This document shows, piece after piece, positions 20,035-30,926 of a DNA stretch of 64,000 nt. Origin of the DNA: a virus (lineage: Duplodnaviria; Caudoviricetes). A program made the translations under genes and the position numbers. The stretch is from positions 144,369 through 208,368 of IMG/VR virus record IMGVR_UViG_3300012979_000027; one strand, written 5' to 3'. Below the pieces are notes generated by a model. That model made no database searches. It saw nothing but the letters and a program-made list of their open reading frames with translations, and was not told where the DNA came from. Within the stretch, counting starts at the first letter, position 1, and the number at the start of each line of letters is the position of its first letter.

Positions 20035-22441
20035 TTATATCCAAGTACTTATTAATCTTCTTCTTTTCACTTTCAGAGCACTCCAAATAACGATGGGCTA
20101 AACTATGATACCTAAAAAGTTCATCTCGGCGAATCTCTTTAAAAGTATAAACAACAACAGATACTTTGCGAAGATTAGCCATTTCAATGGCATGATATGC
20201 TTCTGAAGATATATAAGGAGTTCTGGACTTTATTATTTCCTTCTCAAAAGAAGAACTTCTTAAATCAGTAATTACAAAGTCATCATACATTGTGGTATCA
20301 TCAAGAGAGCGAGAAATGGCCTCACTCATCTGATTAAGATTCCCATTATTATCTAAAAGGACGTAAGCATAACAACTACATCCTGAAATTTCGTTAGTGC
20401 GTGTACTCATATTAACGAGGATAACGAATTACATCAAACGGACAAACAGAAGGAGCGCTAAAATCTGCAATTGTAGTAGATTCATCGGAAACACACTTAT
20501 TCTGCTCAGATTCGATAATGATTTCCGCTACACGGGCCTTAGTTACGCAGTTAATACGAACCTTACCAATGGCAGCCATACACTCATCAAATTGAGTGTC
20601 AATATCAAACCATTCGGTAACAAATTCCTTCTTATCATTATCCCAATTATTCATTACCATCTTACCATTTGCAGAAAATGCAATAAAATGTTCTTTCTCT
20701 TCATCCCACGGACAATGATAGGTCCAAACTCGGTCAATCTTATGAAGGGTGTCCTTACCGAAGAATACAAGACCCTTCATTTCAGAAGATGCCTTAACAG
20801 CATCAAATACCTTAAATTCCCCATTCTCAAAAAGCTGATTAATATGTGCAACAATTTCCATTGAACGGACAAACATAGCATCACGTTCACGAACCCAAGC
20901 TTTCAATACTTTATTAATAGTACGAATAATCTTTTCCTTCTTAGGAAGTTCCATAAAACGACCACAAGCACAATCATCATCACGATGATGGACAATCAAA
21001 TCTCCCGTTTGTCCACACGTTCCCTTTTCGCCGCTGCCTACACTATAAGCCTGACTAAAACACATGCAATTTTTACACTTTGTTTCCATATTCTTTATAT
21101 TACTTCGTATCTAATTTTCCCAAATAATTATATGCAAACTGGATAGCCTTATAAAGGGGTTCCACCTCTTCCATCATATAATGAAGTCGGCGCTTCACTT
21201 CATCGTATTCACCATCTTCATAATAGCCTTGGATATTATCTACCTCATCTTCGGTTATAACATCAGATTGAGCGAAATTGTTAATCTCATTAATCGCCTT
21301 AGTAAATTCCGGATGTTCTTCCCACTTATCAATCATCGTTTTTAATTTCTTTATAAAATTTAAACTTAAAAATTACAGTACCACGTTTAATAGTATACCA
21401 TTCTCCATCATAACTAAAATTGTTATCTTCTAAATCTCCAAGGGCAAGATAATTAAATTCTCCAAGAACACGATAACAAAGTTCATTAGAACTAAGAAGA
21501 TATTGCAAAATAATGCCGTTCATCTCAATTAAATCTGCAGTTTTGCATTTATTGATAAACTTATCTTTCATACAATGAAAATTATAAATGTTCTGTTACT
21601 TTAGAAAGCTAGACTTCTTCTCATCATTATGAGTGCGAATCATAAGAATAATTCCTACACTTATAAAAATAATAAAAAATATTAAAAGGAGATAAATCAT
21701 AAATTTTGAAAAAATGTTAATTTAGCAATATGAAAATCACACCATAAAATATCATCTTCATATAGCGAAAGTGTAAGCATATCACTCTTAAATGATAATT
21801 TCCAATTAGTAACTAAATTAAGTTGAATTTCATTAAAAGAACTTTTAAGAGAATCGACTTCATAATCATATTGAAAAAGAATATTTGAACCAAATTCAGT
21901 ACCAACTAAAATATTATTACAATAATATCCAAAATTTGCATCAAGAAAAAGTTTAAAGTCTTTATCAACTTTACCTTTTTCACAAAAATTTTTATCAAAT
22001 TTGGAAGTATCTTTTAATAAATCTGTAAGTTCATAGACAGTCATATTACATTTTCAGTTTATCTTCATGGTCCCTCAATAGAATAATATCTCTAAATCCA
22101 TCATCCTTATCAAACCAATCAATAAGAAGTTCGAGAGGATATGTGTTATGTACTCTAATTTTATACTCAGCGCTTGGCCATTCATTCATCGGAAAACCAC
22201 CGGCTTCTACAAACTTCCCGTCATGTTTTTCATTTTTAGCAAAATAAAGTTGTTTATACCCAGCTTCATTATCCCCATGGTCTTCATCTAAAATTTCTGC
22301 TATAGTGAGATACTTTTCTAAACTTGGAGTACTAAAAGAATAATTACCTCCATATGCAATAATATACCATTTGACATCTTTCCCTTCATTATTCATAAAA
22401 TGCCAAAAGGTATCATAAGTTAATTCTTGACCAACGTACAT
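20024..22441 (-). CDS. Hypothetical proteins 20024..20410, 20412..21089 (N-terminal Cys-rich), 21100..21336, 21329..21571, 21697..22044, 22046..22441
   Basis: Co-oriented packed ORFs. Confidence 0.55.
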
Positions 22442-22468
22442 AATTAATATTATTAAAAATATTTTTAA

Positions 22469-23917
22469 CTAAGTTCTGAGCACAATATCAGTTTCTCGAA
22501 CGTTAATTTTTTCTTCTTCGTAAATTCTAAGACGTTTATTAGCGTGAGCAGTAGAATATTTGAATCCTTTATCACAAATATCAAATATGTTTAACTCTTT
22601 TTTAGTTGGATGAAGACGTAATCCGCGACCAATACTTTGAACAACAGTAACAGATGATTTACCTCCTGCTGCAAGGATAATATTATGTAAATTTTTAATA
22701 TTAATACCAGTTGAGAATATTTTAGTTATAGCAATACACAATATATTATCTTCTTCCTCCATTAATTTCTTGATTTCATCTCTACTATCTGTATCAATCT
22801 CTCCTCTGATAAAATAAATTTTCTTATCAGATTCTACAGTATCCAAAATATTCTTTAAAATAAAACCATGCTCTAAGCGATTTACTAGCAAGAGAGTATT
22901 CTTATCTAGTTTAAAACATAAATCTTTTAAGAAATTATTGCGATATTTGTTAGAATAAAGTTCTTCAACTTCATCGCGATATTTCATTTCCCCATAATAT
23001 TCTGGGTAAATTAAGTTTGCTTTTCGGATAATAACATTAGATAATACACCAGCATCTCTTAATTCTTTTGAAGTTTTAGTATATCGGACAGGTCCTAAAA
23101 GTCCTATATTTTTTATCTTATCTTCAATTTCCTCTGCTAAAGTACCAGTAAATCCGAATCTATATTTCGTAACTATTTTTTCAATACATTTGGAAACCAT
23201 ATTACCTCGTTTAATAGAGTGGGCTTCATCAACTATTAAACAATCAAAACTGTTCCTCCAAATCTTTTCATACTGATTAAACCTTGATAATAATAATGGT
23301 CGATTAGCAATTACAATTTCCGAATCTTCATCTAATTTATTAAACTTATCATAAAATTTGATTATTTTACGATTCAGTTTATAAACATTTACTAATTCAT
23401 CATAAAATTGAGTTACCAGCCCATTATCTGGAACTACAATCAGAACTTTCTTAATATTTTTATTAGAAAAGAGATTATTGATAATAGAAGCAATGGTAAA
23501 AGTTTTACCTGCACCTGTACCTAATACAAAGGTTCCGAACTTATAACGTAATGCAAGGTCAACGCATTCTCTTTGATAATCTCTTAGCTTAAATTCTAGG
23601 TTATCAAGTATCTCACATGGTTCATCTTGTGTAAATTTTTCCTTGAATGAATCTGAAATCTGATATTCTACTGGTCTATCTATCACATATGTTTTCAACC
23701 ATTTAATAATTTCTCCTGCTATTCCAAAATCGAATGAACCAGTTGGAGTTATAAAATACTTTCGGTCCCTTACGAATCGTTTATTTGGCCCGGTAGTAAA
23801 TCTTTTTTCTTTATTAGGTACACTGAAAGAATGCATCAATCTATCTCTAACATCCTTGTCTGAAAGAGCTATATGACATGCGTTCTTTTTTTCTGAATAA
23901 TCTAACTGTACTAGCAT
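22469..23917 (-). CDS. uvsW: UvsW-like SF2 DNA helicase
   Basis: LRDYQ, GTGAGKT, VDEAH, GFTGT, FSTGINIKNLHNII, QSIGRGLR. Confidence 0.93.
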   Translation of the reverse strand: MLVQLDYSEKKNACHIALSDKDVRDRLMHSFSVPNKEKRFTTGPNKRFVRDRKYFITPTGSFDFGIAGEIIKWLKTYVIDRPVEYQISDSFKEKFTQDEPCEILDNLEFKLRDYQRECVDLALRYKFGTFVLGTGAGKTFTIASIINNLFSNKNIKKVLIVVPDNGLVTQFYDELVNVYKLNRKIIKFYDKFNKLDEDSEIVIANRPLLLSRFNQYEKIWRNSFDCLIVDEAHSIKRGNMVSKCIEKIVTKYRFGFTGTLAEEIEDKIKNIGLLGPVRYTKTSKELRDAGVLSNVIIRKANLIYPEYYGEMKYRDEVEELYSNKYRNNFLKDLCFKLDKNTLLLVNRLEHGFILKNILDTVESDKKIYFIRGEIDTDSRDEIKKLMEEEDNILCIAITKIFSTGINIKNLHNIILAAGGKSSVTVVQSIGRGLRLHPTKKELNIFDICDKGFKYSTAHANKRLRIYEEEKINVRETDIVLRT

Positions 23918-23919
23918 CT

Positions 23920-24315
23920 TTACATCTGTTCCATCTTCATTAACTCAATAGCATTCTTCAAATCAAAAGTTGTAGAACTAAAAATCTTCTCAGCTTTTTC
24001 CAAATACTCAATTATAAGTTCTAATTCTTCTATTTCATCATTAATTTCTGCAATTACCGGAGACTTTGAAAGCATTTCTTTAGCACTTTGAGTAGAAATT
24101 TTGATTCCAACATCTGCAGATGACTGAACTTTCTTAATTAAGTCTGATTTTTTACGTTGTAGTTGCTTTAACTCTATTTTAGATTCAATAAGTTTAGCTA
24201 CCCAATAATGTTTCAAAGACGGTATTTCATTTATTTTGTTATGTATATTAAACTGGTCTATTTTTAAATCTTTTTCTATTGCTTCTTTGTAATTTACAAA
24301 CTTTTCGTAACTCAT
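23920..24315 (-). CDS. uvsY: UvsY-like recombination mediator
   Basis: 131-aa helical protein directly upstream of uvsW, with DLKID..N and FDLKNAIE.MK. Confidence 0.75.
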   Translation of the reverse strand: MSYEKFVNYKEAIEKDLKIDQFNIHNKINEIPSLKHYWVAKLIESKIELKQLQRKKSDLIKKVQSSADVGIKISTQSAKEMLSKSPVIAEINDEIEELELIIEYLEKAEKIFSSTTFDLKNAIELMKMEQM

Positions 24316-24332
24316 TCTTAAATAATTATATC

Positions 24333-25139
24333 ATGAAAATTGGAAAAGTGTTAAATCTTATTAATGAAAATGTTGTCATAGATTTTGGTCATTTTCATTT
24401 TGATTCAGCTGTTTCATTTTTAAATCGCTATTCTTCTGAAGATGAAGAGTTTGAACCTGATACATGGGGAGAAGAAACACTTGAAAAATGTAAAAAGGAT
24501 AAAGATTTTGTTGAATATGATGAAGCAAAGGACCTTTATGATAAATTAAGTCGTAAAGAACAGAAATTTGTTTCTCCAAATGGCAAATATAAAGATTCTC
24601 CTAAACTAATATTCAGATTAGGAGAACATGATAATGGTAACCTTATCGGATTTATTGATGTATATTATTTTCCTAAAGAAAAGAAATCTTTATCTGATGT
24701 TGATGAATTAATAGATGATATATCCAGTTCAAAATCATTTGATGGGAGAGATGGATTTATCACAATGGCGGTAGACCCAAAATATAGAGGAAAGGGTATT
24801 GCGAAAAAATTATTAGCAGCTGCCGCTAAGAAAGCTAAGAAGGTTGGTTTAGATGCATTAATGTATGAGGTAGAATATAAAAACAAGCCTTCTATTAACT
24901 TTATACAGAAATTTAGCAGTAAATTTAAGAATGAAACACCTGCGTCTAAGAGTGATAAGGATTCTGGAACTTTAATATTCAGATACCGTTTTGAAAAGGA
25001 TGAAGATGAAATGACTTCCGCTATTTTATCTACAGCACCACAAGGTGGAGCATTAGAATGTGGAGATAATTATGCGCCAGGTGATATGCGACTTCCTAAA
25101 GTTTTAGGAAAAATACAACGTCGTAAGAAAAAGGCATGA
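24333..25139 (+). CDS. Late protein containing a GNAT acetyltransferase domain
   Basis: TAAATA 8 nt before the ATG at 24333; AVDPKYRGKGIAKKLL acetyl-CoA motif, N..SI.F; tail YAPGDMRLPKVLG. Confidence 0.75.
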   Translation: MKIGKVLNLINENVVIDFGHFHFDSAVSFLNRYSSEDEEFEPDTWGEETLEKCKKDKDFVEYDEAKDLYDKLSRKEQKFVSPNGKYKDSPKLIFRLGEHDNGNLIGFIDVYYFPKEKKSLSDVDELIDDISSSKSFDGRDGFITMAVDPKYRGKGIAKKLLAAAAKKAKKVGLDALMYEVEYKNKPSINFIQKFSSKFKNETPASKSDKDSGTLIFRYRFEKDEDEMTSAILSTAPQGGALECGDNYAPGDMRLPKVLGKIQRRKKKA

Positions 25140-25153
25140 TATAATATTCCTAT

Positions 25154-25612
25154 ATGGACTTAGGTCATTGGGAATTAGGAAATAATGTTACTTTACCAGA
25201 AGATTTTGAAGAAAACCCACCTATGGGTTTTGTCTATCGTATTGAAAATAAAGAAACTGGTAAATTTTATATTGGTCAGAAAAAGATTATTAAAGTTGAA
25301 AAACGTCCTCCACTAAAAGGAAAAGTTAGAAAACGTAAAATTGTTAAGCAATCTGATTGGAAAACTTATTGCGGTTCATCTAATGAACTTAAAAATGATG
25401 TTTTAAATTTCGGTGAAGATAATTTTACCTTTAAAATTATTCGTTTTTGTGATTGTAAGTGGGAAATGGCATATTGGGAGTTGTATTATCAGATGTTAAA
25501 TCATGTACTATTCAGGGAAGACTCATACAACGGGATTATTAATGTAAGAATTTCCAAATTTCAAAAGTTTATCGATAGATACAAAGATGAGATTCAGAAC
25601 TTAGATATATAA
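25154..25612 (+). CDS. GIY-YIG-like nuclease domain protein
   Basis: GFVYRIEN..TGKFYIGQK, WKTYCGSS, YNG. Confidence 0.75.
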   Translation: MDLGHWELGNNVTLPEDFEENPPMGFVYRIENKETGKFYIGQKKIIKVEKRPPLKGKVRKRKIVKQSDWKTYCGSSNELKNDVLNFGEDNFTFKIIRFCDCKWEMAYWELYYQMLNHVLFREDSYNGIINVRISKFQKFIDRYKDEIQNLDI

Positions 25613-25617
25613 TTTTT
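25595..25617 (+). promoter_or_regulatory. Representative phage-specific YAGAACW-N16-ATG element
   Basis: cagaact-tagatatataattttt-ATG; the same motif and spacing recur in front of many genes (see findings). Confidence 0.75.
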
Positions 25618-26430
25618 ATGACTTTTGTAGAAACAATAGATATTGTTAAAAATTTATGCGAGCAGCATAAAGTAATACCATTATTTGCTTTTAGAAACGG
25701 TTCAAAGGCATATGGTTATGATAACGCAAATTCTGATGATGATATTCTATTTGTTTATTATCGTCAACCATTAGATTATTTTTCTCTAAAGGAAGTAGAT
25801 AATGAGTTTAAGCACTCTGAATTAGATATTAAGGGATGGGATATTCGTAAATTTATAGCTATTTTAGCAAAAAATGGCTGGAATACCTATGAAGCTCTTC
25901 ATAATGAGTCCTGGACTGCATCTGAAACTGCTGATAAGCTTTTGACTTCTTTAATATCAATAGCACATAAAAACCTTGATGTAAAGAAGATAACAAATAC
26001 AATGTTATGTTGTGCATTAAGAGATAGAACAAAATATCTTACTAACCAAGATAAAGCAAAGAAAGTAAAGGCTTGTTTATCATTTGCAAGGATGAATCTT
26101 TCAGCTCGTTATCTATTTTTTGTGAAGGAGTATCCTCCTATAAATTTTGAAACGTTAGTAGGAACTCTTGAAGTTAATTTAGAAAATAACTCTGATTTTG
26201 AAATTCCATATCATATAATTGCATTTCTTAAATTTTTGATGTATACCCGTAAATCAATGAATTTAGAAAATATTGATTTAAAATATATGGATATGATTAT
26301 GGAAGTATTATTCGTTACTCATCAAAAGCTTATGAAACTAAATGATAATCTTGGAGATACCTCTAAGATGGGTTATGTTTCAAAATATGAAAAATTACTT
26401 AAAGAATTTTTCCAATCTCAACTTAAATAA
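25618..26430 (+). CDS. Pol-beta superfamily nucleotidyltransferase (NrdC.11/YcgL-like)
   Basis: GSKAYG....SDDD, DIKGWDIRKF, N.YE.L. Confidence 0.75.
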   Translation: MTFVETIDIVKNLCEQHKVIPLFAFRNGSKAYGYDNANSDDDILFVYYRQPLDYFSLKEVDNEFKHSELDIKGWDIRKFIAILAKNGWNTYEALHNESWTASETADKLLTSLISIAHKNLDVKKITNTMLCCALRDRTKYLTNQDKAKKVKACLSFARMNLSARYLFFVKEYPPINFETLVGTLEVNLENNSDFEIPYHIIAFLKFLMYTRKSMNLENIDLKYMDMIMEVLFVTHQKLMKLNDNLGDTSKMGYVSKYEKLLKEFFQSQLK

Positions 26431-26435
26431 ATTTT

Positions 26436-26570
26436 ATGAAGACAATCGCTTTAATTTTTACAGTACTTGCTTTAACTTCTTGCACTTTGTCAGGCACATA
26501 TACATCTGCCTCTCAAAATTTTGGTTTTAATACCTCTATTGTAATTCCAGTAGAAGATTATAAGAAGTAA
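26436..26570 (+). CDS. Small predicted lipoprotein (not in the ORF track)
   Basis: MKTIALIFTVLALTSCTLSGTYTSASQNFGFNTSIVIPVEDYKK*; lipobox LTSC. Confidence 0.6.
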   Translation: MKTIALIFTVLALTSCTLSGTYTSASQNFGFNTSIVIPVEDYKK

Positions 26571-26571
26571 T

Positions 26572-27075
26572 ATGCGAGTCCGTTCACTAATATTATTTGA
26601 TTTAAAGAATAATATAGTTCACTCCAACAAAAAGTTGTTGGAGTTTATTACTTTATACAATATTACAAATAAAACTGATATTAATAACCTCTTTATTTTC
26701 TTTGTCTTATCTGAGATTCTTGAGATTTATAAGAACAACAAAAACGGAATGATAGTTTTTTATCTTTCGAGCGAAAACTATAATATTTTGCAGGAAGATA
26801 CCGATATCAACTATTCTAAATTTTTGAAAATAGTCACGAAGAAAATAAAGTTTCCGATTATTATCAGTTCTTTACCGTTCACTTATTTTTGTTCACTAAT
26901 GGCAACAAACTGTCCTCAATATGATGAGATTATCGAGAATTACACATTCTTACCTTCCATATTTGATGACATTGTAAAACTCATTAAGAAATTAAAATTT
27001 TATAAGCTAGAAAGGGAATTAGTTTTAAATCTTAAAGAGAGATTTAAATTAATGAGTATGTTTGAAACAAAATAA
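26572..27075 (+). CDS. Hypothetical protein
   Basis: 167-aa ORF in operon. Confidence 0.6.
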   Translation: MRVRSLILFDLKNNIVHSNKKLLEFITLYNITNKTDINNLFIFFVLSEILEIYKNNKNGMIVFYLSSENYNILQEDTDINYSKFLKIVTKKIKFPIIISSLPFTYFCSLMATNCPQYDEIIENYTFLPSIFDDIVKLIKKLKFYKLERELVLNLKERFKLMSMFETK

Positions 27076-27086
27076 ATAATTGTACA

Positions 27087-27515
27087 ATGCTTAAGAGAAA
27101 ATTTAAAACTTTTGAAACGATTGCCAAATTTAAAAAGCTTTATGAAGCTGATGAAATGGAGCAAAACCCGAATGCAGAAGGTGGAGATGCTACTAATCCG
27201 CCGGTCGAAGGTGCTGAAGGCGCTGAAGGCGCTGAAGGTGATGTAACTAATGACCCGAATAAACAAGCTGACCCTGAGTCTGGTACATTTATGTCTGATA
27301 ATCAGAAAGCTGAGATGGCAAAAATGATTCTTGATGCTCTTATGATGACTCCTCCTGAACCGGGTACTATTCCATCTAATCTTATGAATGTTACAACTGA
27401 TAATGCTGATGAGGTTATCAAATATGTTCAGGGGCTTAATGCTCTCAGCGCTCCTCTTTCATTAGATAATGATGCTGATACTAATTCTATGGCAGGTGCT
27501 TTGAAAGGTCTTTAA
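27087..27515 (+). CDS. Acidic late protein (LYE motif, EGA repeats), possible head-associated protein
   Basis: TAAATA 8 nt upstream; low-complexity acidic region. Confidence 0.6.
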   Translation: MLKRKFKTFETIAKFKKLYEADEMEQNPNAEGGDATNPPVEGAEGAEGAEGDVTNDPNKQADPESGTFMSDNQKAEMAKMILDALMMTPPEPGTIPSNLMNVTTDNADEVIKYVQGLNALSAPLSLDNDADTNSMAGALKGL

Positions 27516-27517
27516 GT

Positions 27518-28129
27518 ATGAAGAACTTTTATTTTAGTAATCTTAACTTCCTTTTGGAAGATATGAATCAGGAGCATAAAATTGCTATTATTCCCGGTTC
27601 ATTCAAACCACCACACAAGGGTCACTATGAGATGATTAAACATTATTCAGAACTCGTAGGTCCAGATGGAGAAGTATTAGTATTTGTTTCTAAACCCTCC
27701 ACCAAGAATCAACGTAAGACTCCAGATGGTAAAATCATTTCTCCAGAACTTGTAAAACAAATTTTAGACATATATTGTCAATCTTTAAGTAATGTTAAAG
27801 TAGAAATTGCTCAAGTATCTCCTGTTAAAGCATGCTACGATATTGGCGAACGTTTAGAATCGGGGGTTTTGCTTTTCGGATGTTCTAAAAAGGATGATGA
27901 TATTAAACGTTTCGAACAAATCAAATCTTATATTGAATCGCGAAATCCTAACCTGATTGTTTTAGACCCAATGACTACCGCAGTTGATGTTACTGCTTCA
28001 GAAGATGGAGTTGTATCAGCAGCTGATTTTCGACGAGTTTATGGAAATCCTGAAGAAATGATGCAATTTCTTCCTGACCATCTAAATGATGGAACAAAAC
28101 ATAAAGTGATTCAAATATTACTTCAATAA
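27518..28129 (+). CDS. HxGH-motif cytidylyl/nucleotidyltransferase-like protein
   Basis: IAIIPGSFKPPHKGH and VSAADFR (ISST-like) motifs. Confidence 0.8.
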   Translation: MKNFYFSNLNFLLEDMNQEHKIAIIPGSFKPPHKGHYEMIKHYSELVGPDGEVLVFVSKPSTKNQRKTPDGKIISPELVKQILDIYCQSLSNVKVEIAQVSPVKACYDIGERLESGVLLFGCSKKDDDIKRFEQIKSYIESRNPNLIVLDPMTTAVDVTASEDGVVSAADFRRVYGNPEEMMQFLPDHLNDGTKHKVIQILLQ

Positions 28130-28151
28130 AAAAGGCGGGTTAACCCGCCTT
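28129..28151. terminator. Hairpin terminator between convergent genes
   Basis: aaggcgggt-ta-acccgcctt. Confidence 0.65.
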
Positions 28152-28159
28152 AATAATTA

Positions 28160-28654
28160 TTAAGCATTTGAAGCAATACTTTCTGTCACATAATCAACAT
28201 TTATACCATCATTGGAAATATTATCTTTAGTAACATCGATAAGAGCATCTAGTTCTTTTCCTACAAAATCTTTAGAGATAAGAATTTTGTGTTCATTATC
28301 AGAACGATTTGTAATAGAAAATGGCACTTTTTTATAATCTTCCCCGCCAAATTGTACATCTAGTTCCACTACAGGTCTATCTTGTATATGGCCTCCTCCG
28401 ATATTAATTTTAATAATGTCTTTAATCTTTTTAGATATACGACGTTCATTACCATCTTTATTAAATGTTTTAAAATTAATAATATTACCTTGTATTACAA
28501 TGTCTTCACCATGAATTACATTATAACCGCTGTTGCCAGAATCAACTTTAGCAACAAGTTCACCAATACCTTTAACAAGTACGGGCTCTTCTACACCAAT
28601 GACCATTTTTTCAAGGGTCAACTTATATAATCTAGAGTTTATACAAGTTTTCAT
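28160..28654 (-). CDS. Retropepsin-like aspartic protease (RimK-associated protease family)
   Basis: IGVEE.V....G...AKVDSGN, RPVV.LDV.F, F.ITNR....ILI. Confidence 0.75.
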   Translation of the reverse strand: MKTCINSRLYKLTLEKMVIGVEEPVLVKGIGELVAKVDSGNSGYNVIHGEDIVIQGNIINFKTFNKDGNERRISKKIKDIIKINIGGGHIQDRPVVELDVQFGGEDYKKVPFSITNRSDNEHKILISKDFVGKELDALIDVTKDNISNDGINVDYVTESIASNA

Positions 28655-28656
28655 TA

Positions 28657-29067
28657 TTAAAACATTTTAGGAGAAAGAGGCAAAGCACCTCCGATAATTG
28701 TAGTAGTTCCGATCATACCTGCGCCAGATGCATCTTCAATATCGCAAAGAAGCATATCAAGAGAATTAGAAATTGAAATTAAACGAGAAACTAGTTCTTC
28801 TTTTGTAAGAAATTGCCCACGGTCTCTTTCAGTTGGTAAACTACTTGCTTTCTCAAGAACTTCCATTATTTTTTCACCCATCTCTTCAGCAAGTGTTTTC
28901 AAATAAGTTTCTTCAGCAGAACCTTCGGGTTGGACTACTGTAATATTATGAGGCGATGCAGATTGAAATTGGTCACAAGACCATCCGAATTCACAATCTT
29001 CTTCAAATAAATCATCAAGAAACTTATTAGTTTCACTGTATTCATCATATTTTGCTTTATAATGCAT
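28657..29067 (-). CDS. Acidic late hypothetical protein
   Basis: TAAATA 5 nt upstream. Confidence 0.6.
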   Translation of the reverse strand: MHYKAKYDEYSETNKFLDDLFEEDCEFGWSCDQFQSASPHNITVVQPEGSAEETYLKTLAEEMGEKIMEVLEKASSLPTERDRGQFLTKEELVSRLISISNSLDMLLCDIEDASGAGMIGTTTIIGGALPLSPKMF

Positions 29068-29111
29068 GAAAATATTTATTTCTTTAAAAAAGTTGTGTTA
29101 TAATAAGTTTA

Positions 29112-29832
29112 ATGAAAATTGCAATTTCTCGGAAATAACGATAAGAAGCGTTTTGAGCTTATTAAATCATTCATTTCTCAATGGCCAATGTATTCTACCC
29201 CATCGGATACTATTTTTGAAATTAACGAATGGAAAGATGACGAATTAAAAAATACATTTAACGAGGTAGAAAAAGTATTATTTTCTAAGATATTATTTTT
29301 AGAAGACCAATATGAAAAATATAAGGATGTTGGATATATAATTTATAATGGGTCTTTATTAGATATTCTTATTAATTCTTTAGTTCTTTGTGAGCAAAAT
29401 TATGTGTCTGAAGAATTTGTAGAAAAAGTAATATACCATACAAAAAAAATGTTTAGAATCATAGATGTCTTATATATAGTACCTGATGATACACTTAATG
29501 AAACTTCTGATGATGATTTAAAGGTATTAGAGTCTGTATATTGGAACTTTTATGAAAATTATCAAAATGATTTTGAAAATTCTCCTTTTTTTGATCAAAA
29601 AAATTGTTCTTCTATTTTTATGATAGATTCAACTAATCCATTAGGAGAAATTAAAATGCTATTGGATAAAAATGGTAATTTGGATACAACTATGCAAGGC
29701 GGAAGTAATGAAAATATCGTAGATTTGTCAAAATTGAAGAAAATATTTAATAATAATCCAGCTTTATATAAAGCAGCAATGCAATCATTAAATTCGGAAA
29801 CTTCATTAAATTCGGGTTTTATAACTCTTTAA
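29112..29832 (+). CDS. Degenerate P-loop kinase-like protein, interrupted by a +1 frameshift at CGG (29130-29132)
   Basis: TGtTATAAT 7 nt before ATG 29112; MKIAIS-G-NNDKKRFELIKSFISQWPMY after skipping the C. The ORF-track start at TTG 29119 lacks the MKIAISG strand. Confidence 0.65.
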
Positions 29833-29838
29833 AATTTA

Positions 29839-29870
29839 AAAAGCAAGTCTAACAGTTAGACTTGCTTTTT
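29839..29870. terminator. Bidirectional hairpin terminator
   Basis: aaaagcaagtctaac-a-gttagacttgctttt. Confidence 0.7.
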
Positions 29871-29891
29871 AATTTAATAAAAAATATAAAC

Positions 29892-30497
29892 CTATTCTGT
29901 TAGTTGCGTATCTTTATAATTATAAGATAATTTTGGCTGTAATAATATATCAGATTCTTCAATACCGGGTATTAATTTAGAAATATATTTTATTAAAGTG
30001 CTTATATAACCATAATACCACCTTAATGTATTTTTTTGTTCTTCAGTTTCGCCACTTATAAAATTAATATTTTCGGACTGAGATATTCCATTTAATAAAA
30101 TATCATTACGTATCGTATCTAATCCTGAAGCAGATAACCATTTACTATTTGCTCCTAAAATTATTGCTATCATAAATTCTAGTACTTTAATACGATTTAA
30201 TATTTCATTATCTATCGTATTTTGTAAAGATGTAACGGCTTCTTCTAAACCAGTTATTTCTTCACTTACAGTATGCGCAAAAGTTTGCACATCACTAGCT
30301 AATGTTACAACTTCATTAATAGTCGATTTAAATGTAGTATGTTCTAAATCTATAATTAAATCGCCAAAATCTACAACTGCAGCTCCATCACGAGTTTCAT
30401 TCCAAATAATAATTTTATCTCCATTTTCTATAGAAGTGTACTGTGGAAGATCTTTTATAGATGCATAGACCTTTTTCCCATATGAACTATAAGCCAT
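29892..30497 (-). CDS. Late hypothetical, possibly virion, protein with a coiled coil
   Basis: TAAATA 5 nt upstream; SIKDLPQ..I..GD..I N-terminal motif reminiscent of fibre proteins. Confidence 0.55.
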   Translation of the reverse strand: MAYSSYGKKVYASIKDLPQYTSIENGDKIIIWNETRDGAAVVDFGDLIIDLEHTTFKSTINEVVTLASDVQTFAHTVSEEITGLEEAVTSLQNTIDNEILNRIKVLEFMIAIILGANSKWLSASGLDTIRNDILLNGISQSENINFISGETEEQKNTLRWYYGYISTLIKYISKLIPGIEESDILLQPKLSYNYKDTQLTE

Positions 30498-30535
30498 GAC
30501 ATTATTTAATATCAGAACTTTGATATGAATAAAAT

Positions 30536-30904
30536 ATGAATTTTGATGAGTTTTATCCCCTTTTAAAAAGTATTTTTACAAAAAAGGATTGTGATATAAT
30601 GCCTTGCGCAGATAATTTTAATGTTTATCTAGCAACTCGTTATATTTCTTTTTATCATCCAAGCTTATGCGAGGTTCTAAATGAATCTATTAATAAATTT
30701 AAAATTAATTCGATGTTTAATGAACCAGAAGAAGGGTATAAGTTTTTAAAAGCACTTATTCCTAAGCTTCCTTATAAACATATCAAATATATTAAGAAGG
30801 AAAGTGTTAAAAATCAACGAGATAAGAATATTTCTGATGAATCTATCACTAAAATTGCAAATTATTTGGAAATTTCTCGAAGAGAAGTTAGAGCTATTTT
30901 ATAA
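30536..30904 (+). CDS. Clamp loader small subunit (gp62-like)
   Basis: F..YL..RY.S....N..Y.FL...IPK...KYIKK...IANY.EIS.RE pattern; length about 120 aa. Confidence 0.65.
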   Translation: MNFDEFYPLLKSIFTKKDCDIMPCADNFNVYLATRYISFYHPSLCEVLNESINKFKINSMFNEPEEGYKFLKALIPKLPYKHIKYIKKESVKNQRDKNISDESITKIANYLEISRREVRAIL

Positions 30905-30926
30905 AAATGTGATATAATAAAAACAT

